A stretch of 64,000 bases of DNA from Octopus sinensis. Lineage: Eukaryota. The stretch covers positions 25,296,001-25,360,000 of the forward strand of contig NC_043016.1 in NCBI RefSeq assembly GCF_006345805.1. Direction: 5' to 3'. This document shows positions 11,880 to 24,300 of this stretch, piece by piece (position 1 is the first letter of the stretch; each line of letters starts with the position of its first letter). A program made the position numbers and the translations under genes. A model generated the notes under the pieces. That model saw only the letters and a list, made by a program, of their open reading frames with translations, was not told the origin of the DNA and ran no database searches.

Positions 11880-12260
11880 AATATAGTGAACAAAAGCTTT
11901 CTCAAATGTCTATGATAAAGTTTTCTGCTTTCTCTCCTTGGTGTCAGAAAACCATTTTATCTGGTTACATTACCTCCATTGGTAATAAAGGAATGTTCTA
12001 AGCAAGTTGTGTGATATTTGTGTGCAAAATGCATTATTGCATGGTTGTGAAATACTTGCCGTGAACGCTGATGGTGTGTTAAGGTTAGAAAAACAAAGCT
12101 GAGCATGTGCTTTACTGGATGTTCAATGTGAGTGTAAATGAATTACCAAGCACAAAGGAGCCAAGAGAAATCTAAGTGGAATCACTGTACTGTGCAAGAC
12201 TGGAGACGTCATGCATAAGGAGGATGATAGTTGGATAAAGTGGTGATAAGAGATTCAATT
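11880..12260 (+). mobile_element. Old RTE RT remnant
   Basis: Degenerate LYDICVQNALLHGCE..AVNADGVLRLE...NVSVNE; same family as 17130 and 23417. Confidence 0.6.
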
Positions 12261-14420
12261 ATTCACACACATTTGTATGTGTGTGGGCATTGATTGACAA
12301 GGATGCTAGAGCATGGGTTCCAGCAAGCTTTCATTTGGAGTTCTAATCCTGTTTTGGGCCACTTTAGGTGGTATACTTAAACTGTTGACCAGTGGAATAC
12401 AACCACATGGTCTATGGGTGCCTAAATGCACAAAAACATACATATATTTTATATACAGAGTTGGCCAGACCTCACCCAACAGTATATCAAAATTCCATAA
12501 ATACTTAATATTCAGTTTTATTTATTCATTCCAATTGTGAATGTTTACTAATTGAATGCTGTGAGTTAAAATCACTGTTTTCCCCCCCAACATTTGTCTA
12601 TTCATTAATGAAGTCTCATTCAGTTGTTAATCATAAATAAATCTTGGAATTAAATGGGTTTGATTTACAGTCAGGTGACTTTTGGCCATATATCTATATG
12701 TATGTATTATATATATATAACATTACACTCACGGAGTGGTTGGCGTTAGGAAGGGCATCCAGCTGTAGAAACACTGCCAGATCAGACTGAAGCCTGATGC
12801 ACCCTCCTGGCTTCCCAGACCCCGGTCGAACCGTCCAACCCGTGCTAGCACGGAAAACGGAGGTTAAACGATGATGATAATATATTATACACACATATAT
12901 ATATATATTATATATCAATATGTACTCATATGTTTATACATATATCATGAATACATATTGGTTTCAAATTTTAGCACAAAACCAACAGTTGTGGGACAGT
13001 GGGTAAACCAATTACATCAACCCTAGTTTTCAACTGGTGTTTATTTTATGAACTCCAAAAGGATGAAAGACAAAGTTGACCTTGGTGGCATTTGAACTCA
13101 GAGTGTAAAGTGAGAAAAAAGGCCACTAAGCATTTTGTCCAGCATGCTAACGATTTTGCCAGTTCATTGCTACCTTATATCATGAACAGATATTACCATT
13201 GTCATCATTTTTGTGTTCACTTTTTCTGTGCTGGTATGGATTGACTGAGACTTCCTGGTGCAGTATTTTATGACAGGATGCCCTTCCTGATGTGAACCTT
13301 TGTTTTCACCTAGGGTCCTTTATTCTACTGGTTTTCACATGTTGAAATGCTGCACTGAAAGAAAATTGTTTATGTTGGTCATAAACAAACATCATCACTG
13401 CCCAGCTGGTGACAGTGGAAAGATGTGTGGAAATATGCCTATGTTTATGAGAAAATGCCATTCACTGGGATTGAACCTGAAACCATGTGGTTATGAAGCA
13501 AACTTCCTAACCACACAGCCATGCCTGTGCCTCATGTATTTACCAGGACTACATTATCTGATATAACCCTTTATTTTATATCAATAGGGTGTGATTTCAG
13601 AGAGATTTGGTTGCTCTCACTAGTAGGCCAAATGGTTACTCAGTATCTCCCATTTTGGTTCATTGTAATATTAGTAACACACTAAGTTCATATGCAAGTA
13701 AAGAACTTAAAATGAAGTCATCTGAATTGTTAAATAAAATACTAATCTATCATATCAATAAAGATCTGGTCAGCACAACAGATTGAAGCCCTAAAACCAA
13801 GGTAACCATGTAAAAAGCACTTGTGATGGTGCCGTGTAAAAGTGACCCAGTACACTGTGTAATGTTGTTGGTGTTAGGGAGGGCATCCATCTGTAGAAAC
13901 CAAATCAAAACAGATTATAAAACCTGGCACAACCCCTGGCCTTGCTAGTTTCTGTTAAGCCATCCAATACATACAAGCATGGAAAATAGCAATGATGATG
14001 ATAATGAAAGGTCATGTTGAAATATGAATCATTGCAATTCTTTAATAAATTAAAATTAAGTGGGAATAGTATTCCATTCGGCATGTCGTGTGGTAATATA
14101 ATTATAAATGTAACCTTTATTCTTGTGATTTGATTCAAAGTAATTATTTTTGCTATGATGAGCTGTCACTGAAATCTGATTATGAATTAAATCTACACAT
14201 GCTTTATTTCTAAATGAATGACTTGATTGAATATTAATTACTTTCAATGTGTGAATAATATTAATTTCTAATTTGAGTGTTTCTTGACTTACAACTAGTT
14301 CATGTTAGAGAAACAGTATGGAAAGTGTTGAGTCATGAGTTTAATCACCTTCTCCTAGCTTTTGAAATCCAGCAGTTCTACTGGGATAATATTTAAAATA
14401 AAATTTTTCTGCAAATTTTA

Positions 14421-14840
14421 TAGGTGCTGGTATGGCTATGCAGCTTAGAAGTTTGCTTCACAACCACATGGTTTCAGGTTCAGGCTCATTGCATGACACC
14501 TTGGGTGAATGTGTACTATTATAGCCCTGGGCCAAGCAAAGTGTTGTGAGTAGATCGAGTAGATGAAAAGAAGACCAGTGAGCATGTCCCCCCCCCCCCC
14601 CCGTGTCCTTGTCTTGACATCATGCAATCATTTTAAATGAGTGTCACTGACATAGCAAGCTATGTTATTTACTTCCAATATTCTGCAGAAACATGTCTGG
14701 CCATGGGGAACTATTACTTTACTTAGAAACAAGTGAGGGTTGGTGACACAAAGGGCATCTGGCTTTAGAAAATTTCCAACAACTTCTGCCTGACCCATGC
14801 AAGCATAGAAAGGTAGACGTTAACTAGTGATGAATGATGA
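14421..14840 (+). mobile_element. Chimeric SINE: family A head, different body, RTE-like 3' tail
   Basis: Head as family A, then GTCCTTGTCTTGACATC...GGCCATGGGGAA, ending GACCCATGCAAGCAT...GACGTTAA. Related pieces on the - strand at about 15870-16170 and 55640-55880. Confidence 0.6.
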
Positions 14841-15376
14841 CGATTTTCAAGATCAAACCATTTTGCATTTTCCAAATTCGTTTAATTCTAAAACTAGTCT
14901 CTTTTGACTAGAAACCAGTTTCTGTAGATTTCAAAAAAGGAACATAGATTAAATTTGATGCCATCTCCTAAGGACATTAACAATGTTGGAATGAAATGGC
15001 TTCATTTGTAAAGGAAAATTGACTTGCTTGTTTTGCTCTGATTTGATTTTGTAAATCGAAAACCCACCTTTGATGCTTATATTTTTTCTATTTAAAATAT
15101 TTTAAATTTCCACAGTCCCGATATTGTTTACTTTTAATATTTGATGCAACATTTACATTAAGAATTATTATGATTTTTATATCAGTGATTTGCTGGAAAA
15201 TGCACTGATTTATTTGTTTAGCCATGGCAATTTCTTATACAGATCTCTTTATTTATGTAGAGCAATGTGTCTCAATCTTTTTGTCCCATATCCCAATTTA
15301 ATCACTCCACACCAAATGTGCACTCCACCATGAGTAGGCATTAATATATATGTATTAATATATACATATATTAATA

Positions 15377-15589
15377 CAAAGGTGTGCTAAAAAGTTCCTG
15401 GTTTTAGGTAAAAAAAAATGAAGAAGGCTCAATTAATATGTTAATTCTATTCAACATATTTACCCTTACAGATTCTCACTTATTATAGCAGTCCTTCGGT
15501 TTTTCTAGACTCTGTAAAAGAAAGAAGGTTGGGTCTCCAACCAGGCATTTCACGATGTGCTTAAAGCCAAACATTTTTCAACACCCTCG
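15377..15589 (+). mobile_element. Mariner-derived MITE; 5' part of a second copy at about 17902-18050 and a lone TIR at about 17815-17838
   Basis: TA|CAAAGGTGTGCTAAAAAGTTCCTGG ... CCAAACATTTTTCAACACCCTCG terminal inverted repeats. Confidence 0.7.
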
Positions 15590-15592
15590 TGC

Positions 15593-15628
<36 letters not shown>

Positions 15629-17129
15629 CATCATCATCATCGTTTAACATCTATATTCCATACATGCATGGGTAGGATGGTTGACAGGAGCCAGCCAGGT
15701 AGAAAACTACCCTAGGTTACTGTATATGTTTTGGTAGGGATTTTATGGCTGGATCCCCTTCCTACCGCCAACCATATTATAGTGTGGACTGGATGCTTTT
15801 AACATGGCACTAGCACTGGCAGGGTAACCAAGTAACTCACAAGACAAGGAATTATGAGAGGGGCAGGCCATTTCCTGTCACCAATCCTCACTATTTCCCC
15901 ATATTAGGACGTTTTACTTGGAAGACTGGAAACAAACAAGTATCACTTGTATGATAGTGCTGCTCGTTTTCAACTATTGTATGATGCCAAGACAATGGTA
16001 TATACACCAAAAGAAGCCCATCATATGGGCTTCTTTTGGTTTCCTTCTATCCACTCCACTCACAAAGTTTTGATCAGCCTGGAGTTATAGAAGACACTTG
16101 CCCAATGTGCCATGTAGTGAGACTGAACGTAAGACCCCACATGTTTGGGAAGCAAGCTTTTTAACCATACAACCATGTCGTGTGTGTGTGGTTGTATTCA
16201 AAAGTATCTAATACTAAAAATCAAATTCTGGTTGTGTGTAGGTGTCTTCCTTGTTTTTACACAAAACTATGCATTGGCATGATAAAATGTTTTGATCTCT
16301 ATGCATTTAGCTGTAACCCCTTGAGCCTGAAAAGAATTTCAAAGGAATCTGACCCCTGGAAATCTCAAAACTGAAGAATTTTTATTATTATCTCAACAAT
16401 TTAAAATATCAAAGAGAAGAAAACTGAAGGAATGCGCTAAAAGTACAAATACATGCACAAAACATGTAAATGCAATTCATTCTGAATACATGCATGAATG
16501 TACACATTCAAGCACATATGCACGCATGCACACATCTATCCACCCATGCACACATGTGCATATACACACTCACAATAATGAATGCCATGCATGGAAAGAG
16601 ATGCATACAGATACAGAAACACATAAATAAATACATTTGCTCCAAAAGTCATTCATAAACAAAGCACACACACAGGTGCACATACATGTAAACATGCTTG
16701 GATATGTGAGTATATATGAGGCAACAGATATAGTTTATTGAAATTGTCATGAGGAGAGGAGTATTCAACATGTCTTAAGCTTTGGATAATCCACTCTGCT
16801 CAGCATTACTGTACTATTTCTGTTGTTTTGCTTTTACCAAATAATATGACTTGCTGATGCAGCCTTCCACCAATTTCCTTTGATTCTATTTTAACCACCA
16901 CCATCATCATTTACCATCCAATTTCAATGGCATGGGCTGGATTGTTTGACTGGGGAGCTGCACCAGTTTCCAATCTGATTTGACATGGTTTCTACAGCTG
17001 GATGCCCTTCCTAACTCTAGCAATCAAGAGTGTAGTGGGTAATTTTTACGTACCACTAGCATGTTTGCCAGTTGCACAATGCCAGCTTGACAGGTCTTGG
17101 TCATTTGTTACTACCTCTGTTAGGCTCAA

Positions 17130-17810
17130 TGTTTGAGGTGTGCTTTTTACATGATATGTAGGACATAAGAAGCATCAGATGTAGTGTGCAAGAGAGATGA
17201 CTGTATTGGAATGGTCATGTGATGTATATGGATGAGGAAGGCTTTGTGAAGAAGTGTTGCACTCTAATGGTGGAAGGAACTTGTAGAAGAGGTAAACCCA
17301 GGAAGAGATGGGATGAGGTGGTGAAGCATGATCTTCAAGTGTTGGACCATACAGAGGCAATGATAAGTGACCAAGATCTTTGGAGATATGCTGTGCTTGA
17401 GAGGACCTGTCAAGCCAAATGAGATTGTAGTTATGGCTGATGCCAGTGTTGTTTCACTGGCTTGTTAAAAGCAACTTTCAGTTGTTGGGTGATATGCTGT
17501 GCTTATGAAGATCTGTTGAACAGAGTGAAATTGTAATTGTGGCCAATGACAGTGCCACCTAGGCTGGTGGCATATAAAAAGCATCGTTTGTGCATTGGGC
17601 CTCATGGAAGCAGTGATGACAAGCTGAGTGACAGGTGACCAAGACCCTTGGCAATATACCGAGCTTGAGTTGACCTGTCAAGCCAAGTGAGACCATAGTC
17701 GTGGCTGATGCTGGTGTCAGGTCAATGATACCTGTGTAGGTGGTACATAAAAAGCACCCACTGCACTCTCGGAATTGTTGGCATTAGGAAGGGCACCCAG
17801 CTGCAGAAAT
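17130..17810 (+). mobile_element. RTE LINE 3' end (RT C-terminus plus 3' UTR)
   Basis: ORF 17219..17422 MDEEGFVKKC..L.VEGTCRRGKPRKRWDEVVKHDL...DLWRYAVLE, followed by the same UTR repeats as at 23417. Confidence 0.85.
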
Positions 17811-17836
17811 CTATAGAACTTTTCAGCACCCTCTCT

Positions 17837-17882
<46 letters not shown>

Positions 17883-18230
17883 TATACCCACATACACACA
17901 ATAGGGTGTGCTGAAAAATTTCTGGCTTTGGATAAAAGAAAATACAAGAGGATCAGTTAATTATAATTTTATCCATCATACTCACCTCTCAATTTCACAC
18001 ACTTATTGCAGCAGCCCTTCAGTTTTTGTAAGCCCTGTAAAAGAATTCAAAATGTTACTGGTTACAGACAATTCCCTGGTACTTGCACATTTGTTTACAG
18101 AATTTGTTTTATTTAGGAGAAAAGGGATCCATTTTTATATTTGAAATATAATGATTTGTATTAAAAAAAAATAAATAAAAAGCAAAGCTGTCTGATTCTC
18201 AAATGGAATTTCTATTTTGTTATTTTGCAG

Positions 18231-18341
18231 GCTGGGGATGAACCACCATTCCTCAGTGTTGGCACTGATGTCAGTGCTAAATACCGTGGAGCATTTTGCG
18301 AAGCCAAGGTTAAAAAGATTGTGCGAACAGTAAAGTGTAAG
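18231..18341 (+). CDS. ARID4B: ARID4 traced exon 1 (111 nt, phase 0-0): [37 protein letters not shown], Tudor start
   Basis: Acceptor tattttgcag|GCT, donor AAG|gtaaga; near-identical to the ARID4 N-terminus. Confidence 0.95.
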
Positions 18342-21300
18342 GTAAGAAAGAAATTAAGTTTTATAACAAAATAATTTTCTATAAATTGAAGATGATCATG
18401 ATCTTAACCATTTTCTTACTATATTTCTATTGAAATATGCTGTCGCTTGAATTAATTTTGAAAATAATGAAGAATTTAGTAAAATAACTTTGTTGTTATT
18501 AAGCTGGTGTTTGGAACTCAATATGAAATTTTGATTGAAGGTTTTGATTTAGATCACTTTAAAATAGAGTTTGTATCATGTGTCAAGGGGCAGTCTCAGA
18601 GTGGTTGGTTTCAAAAGGGCTAATATTATATTTTACTTATTTAAATCAGGGCAGTTTACTTAGCAGAATCATTAAGGTATCCAGACAATATGCCTTGCAG
18701 TATTTGTTCCAGCCTCTTTTATATTCTGAATTGAAAACCAGCCTACTTCAACTTTGTCTTTAACCCTTTAGCATTCAAACTAGTCATAGCAGGCCAAAAT
18801 ATTTAGCCTATTTTCTGTTGAAACTGACCAGATCTGGTTCTTCACCTCAGCCTTACAATATCATTCTAAAACTAAACAATCACATCATCGAAATCTCTTA
18901 ACTACAAGATAATGCATCATTAATTCAAAACAATGTAACTAAACAAACATTATATTTGACAGAATAATCTGAATACTAAAGGGTTAATCATGATTGATAA
19001 AATAAGGCAGTATCATCAAATTTAACTGATAATTTTCATCCCTCAAATTTCAGCTCTTGTTCCCAGTTTTATTCATTTAAATCATTATTAAATCTTGAAA
19101 ATCCATTACTGTTTTCCTTCTGGTAATTTCCTGACACTATTTTCCCTTGATATTAACATTCTGTTTATAAAAGGCAAAATAGTTGTGCTTAAAAGAAACA
19201 ATTTTATAACAGGTTAAACCAGTTGTTTATAAATAAATCATAATAGATGCTGCTTTAAATTTTGTTAGGGTTGATAGTAGTTCTCAACTTTGATCTAACC
19301 ACTTTTGTTCTGAATCTTCATTTTCATACTGTATTTCACCTACCACTGTCATGTTTATTCTTTTGATCAACTGACATATGTTTAATTTACCTTTCCAAAC
19401 TAGCCCAGTTGTCTCTTCCCCATATTTGTATTTGACTTCTTGTTAAAGGAATAAATGACTTAGCTTCATTTATTCCTTTAAAACTACTATAGGTACAGAT
19501 TTTTCTATTCACAGTCATCATACCTCAGCTGTTTTAGTATACATCTCATATCGAGAAGAACTATTGATTATCTTGTAATAAGTACCAATAACATGAAATA
19601 ATTGGTTGGAAAGAAAGTCCAGTCTCATTTCAAACAGAAAAGAAACAAATGCTCCTTTGGTCTTAATTGGTATATTTAATGAAAATAATATTGATGGGTG
19701 TATAATTCTTCAGGTTTTGAGACAAAGAAACACTCAATATCATTTTTATCCTCTTCACATTTAATAAACTGTAGAATGTTGCAATGATCTGAAAAGATGA
19801 TGGTTAGATGGAGTAAGTTCAGTTAAGTAAGGAGGACGAGGCAAAACTTTGATGTTTAGTACTGTAGTATTTTTCTGAGTGATTTGAGCAATATGTAGTT
19901 TTGCATTACTGTGTAAGATCAACACCCCTTTATGACTGACTAACTATGGGTGCTTTTTCTGCAAATGTTTGTGCAGGCATGGCTGTGTGGTAAGAAGCTT
20001 GCTTCCCAACCACATTTTTCCGGGTTCAGTCCCACTGTGTGGCAGCTTTGTGAGCGGATTTGGTAAAACAGAAACTGAAAGAAGCCCGTTGAATATCATC
20101 ATCATCATCGTTTAACATCTGCCTTCCATGCTGGCATGGGTGGGACAATATATATATATGTATATATAATCAATATAGGGTGGCAAAAAAAAAAAAAAAT
20201 TTTGTAGAATTCTTTTTGCCACCAGCGGCCTAGTGGGAAAAAATTAAATAGTCATAGACCATTTTTAAGTTCAACATCAACAATCAAGGAACGGCCATAA
20301 TAGGCCATTCACCCACTAGAAATAACAGCCTTGGCTGTTATTTCTAGTGGGTGAATGGCCTATTATGGCCGTTCCTTGATTGTTGATATATGTATATATA
20401 TATATTTATGTGTGTATCTTTGTGTCTGTGTTTGTATTCTCCCACCATCATTTGACAACTGATGTTGGTGTGTTTATGTCTCTGTAACTTAGTAGTTCAG
20501 CAAAAGAGACTAATAAAATAAGTACTAGGCTTACAAAGAGTAAGTCCTGGGGTTGATTTCTCTGACTAAAAAACTCTTTAAGGTGGTGCTCTAGCATGGC
20601 CACTGTCAAATGACTGAAACATGTAAAAGAACAAAAAAAAAATTCTAATTGATGACAATGCTTCTCTGCATTAACTTCCATTTTTGTTTAACACTTCATG
20701 ATAGAGGACACTCTTCATATCCTACCAAACATTAAACATAAAACATTTTTTTGGTGTAGTCCTGGTTCGGGAATGATTCTTCCTGTTTCATTGTCACTCA
20801 CATTGGATATGGTTATAGAGACCTCTCATTTCATTACTTGTGATGATTCTACCCAGGAAAGGTTAAGTAGCAAGTCTACTCATTCAATGTTTTGTTTAAG
20901 CTGAGAAGCAGTTGGATGATGAGGGACCTACTAAGCATTAGACATTTTTCCATAACTTATGAAGGTATTTTATGATCAAAGTGTGATCTTGAATTGAAAC
21001 TATGATTTTCAGAAGCTCAATATTGACAGATCTTAATTCCTCAGATCAAAGGGAATCTGCTGGAGCAAAATTGGCCAAACCATTATTGGTATGTTTGGAC
21101 ACATAAAGTTTCATTCTCAAATTCAGAATGAGTATTTCTTGCCACCCCCATTACTGAAAACCCCTTTGGAATTCATAGAGCAAGCATATATGGGTCTGAT
21201 CATAACTCATTTTAATGAGGGGAAATTGATATGAATTTAACCATTCTGGTTATAAAGTAACTGCAAAGAAAGAATGAAAAAGAAAACAACACATTGGTTA

Positions 21301-24300
21301 TTTTACCATAAGTTTGAAAAACTACACTCAAAGTGATAATTTCAAATGTGTAACAGGAACTTCTTTCCAACCTGTTGTATCAATACAAAATAATCAGAAA
21401 TGCATAATTTTGTACTTTTTAAAGCACAAGGAGAGGTTTATTCTCTTAGTATCTTGTCATCATAACATGTTAACATTTGTATATCTTTGTTGCAGTAGTA
21501 CATTTCAAACACATGAATCCTTTAGATTACTTAATTTCTATGTATCTATATATAGATTTCTATAAATGCTATCTCTTCTATTATTTTTCTTGACCAACAA
21601 TACTAATATATACCAAATTGTTTTTTGTATATATGTGTGTGTACACACACATGCACGCATGCACACAAGCACACACACACACATAGAGGAAAAGGTTTGG
21701 CAAATTGCTTTGTTTTATAAATAATAGAATAAAACACTTTTTTTTAGTTTTTAACATTTAAAAATCTATAACAAACTTATTGATTTCTCTTGGTTTGTTT
21801 GAGATGGTCATAGTTTCATTTATATAGTGTATTTTTATATTTCCTTCCAATTTCTACTCAATGAGAATTGAAGTTGTCCTCTTTTATTGTTCAAGTCATA
21901 GACAACAACCATTCTTACTCTCCTCACATTTGCATCATAATAACAATTTTGAAATAGCTCAACAGTCTGGGCACATTATAACCTTACACAATGTCTGGAA
22001 ATCTTCCAAGCATCTCTTGTATAAATAATTTTCTACTCGTGGTCTCTGTGATCTAAAAATAACTTAGAAAATTCAGAGCTTAAAGATGGTACATTTACTG
22101 TGTTGATAAGCACAGAGTAATTGGAAAAGTTTATAAATTTGTAAATTTAGTCTTGTTTTAAAAGTAGTTTAGAATGAAATAATAAAGTTAAACAAAAATA
22201 CATTGGAAAGGTTATTAACTGTGGGAACTAAAGGTGCAAGTTTTCTCTCTGTTTTTACTTTAAAAAAAATTCTTTTATGAATAGTTCAGGTTACAAACTT
22301 AAGAAAGGTTTGTAAAACTTGGATTTCTAGTTGAAAGTCTTTGCATTAGATATTATATTGGTTAGCAATGCATTTCATAAGTAATGAGTTGGGCTTTGCT
22401 GCTACGACACCCATCTCCCCATTAAAACACGTTAAGAATTACTTAAAGGGGCAGACGTTGCTGTGTGGTTAGGAAGTTCACTTTGTAACCACGTGGTTTT
22501 GAGTTCAGCCCTACCATGTGGCATCTTGAACAAATGTTTTTTACCACAACCTTTTGGTTTATTAATACCTTGTAAGTGAATTTAATAGTTGAAAACTGCA
22601 AAAAAAAAAAACCTGTCATGTGTATGAGTGCACATATCTTTCTGAATGTTGATGTTCCATGCTTGTCAACATTTGAGTGAAGTGTTGTTGACGTTGACAT
22701 TCTTTGTTTACAATATGGCCAGTCACTCAGTACTTTCAAAGGCCTCTTAAGCAAAAAAAAAAAAAAAAAAAAAAAATCTAAACAAAATTTCTTACCTTGA
22801 AAATTAGGTAAGTGTTGGCAGCAAGATGAATGTCTAGTTGTAAAATCATGCCTTCAATAACTCCCCATTTCTTGCATGTTATGGAAAATTTATGTTGAAC
22901 AAATGAATAACTGCTCTTTTTAAATTTTGATTGTCTGAAACAATCATTTAGGCATTTTTTTTTCATTCATATTTAGTTTGATTTGGAAACTATTTGCCTA
23001 ATTTCATGTTTACCATATTCATTGGTTTGGGCTGTTTTATTATTTTATGATGGTTGTCTCCTGGGAATGGACTGCATGATCACAAAATAATTGGTTCATC
23101 TGAAATATATTATTACTCTATGATGGATTGAGTATTAATAATTTATTGCACCATGTAAATCAATTGTTATCGACCCATCTTGATGCAATGTTTGCCAATG
23201 TGAGGATAGATGTTTCTATGAATTTTTCTCTGAATTTCTAAGAGATCAGAATATAAAACTGACAAGTTTCATATTGGGAAAGATTAGAATGTAACTCAGC
23301 AAGTGCATCCTTGGTTATTTGATATGTAATTAGGTTATCATGGCTATTTAATATTTTTATTCTACAACTTTTCTTTGCTAACCTCATAAAATCCTTTAAT
23401 AACTCTCCCTCTCTTTCATCATCATCATCGTTTAATGTCCGTTTTCCATGCTCGCATTGGTTGGATGGTTTGACTGAAGTCTGGAGAGCTAGCGGCTGCA
23501 CCAGGCTCCAGTCTGATCTGGGAATGTTTCTACAGCTGGATGCCCTTTCTAACGCCAACCACTCCGGGAGTGTAGTGGGTGCTCTTTACGTGCCACTGGC
23601 AGGGGAGCCAGTCAGGTGGACCTGGCATTGATCATGTTCAGATGGTGCTTTTTATGTGCCACCGGCACAAGAGCCAGTCAGGGGTTACTGGCATTGGCTA
23701 TGATCAGTTTGTGCTTTTTATGTGCCACTGGCACATGAGCCAGTGAGGTGGTCCTGGCATCAACCACGGGAGCCAGTCAGGGGGCACTGGCCACAGCTAT
23801 GATATTGGTTTTACTTGACTCAACAGGTCTTCTCAAGCATATCATATCGCCCGACGCATCAGGGGTATTCTTAAGAGGGCTGGACATGCGTGGCTGCGAT
23901 CTCACTTAAGTTGCTGGCTCTTCTCAATCACATCATATCTCCAAAGATCCAGGTCTCCCATCATTGCCTCTGTGAGGGCCAATGTTCAAAGGTTATGCTT
24001 CACCACCTCATGCCATGTCTTCCTGGAAGCTATTAACTACTTCTAGTTTCTTCCCTTGGCATGTGATGGAATCTGTTTTCTGAGCATCTTCAGTGTTTAT
24101 TGCCCCAGTGCATCTGTCACATACAAAAACTAATTTCCCAGTTGACCTTCCTTTGATATTGCTGCACCTTTTATATGTCTAGTTTACACTGGGTACATCG
24201 TAAGGAGTTTCTACCCATGCCTTTTCTACAGATCGAGCAGGGCCATCTACCTGAAGGGGGTTGTGATTTGACAGCCTTCTTGCTTACTAAGACTTTGGTT

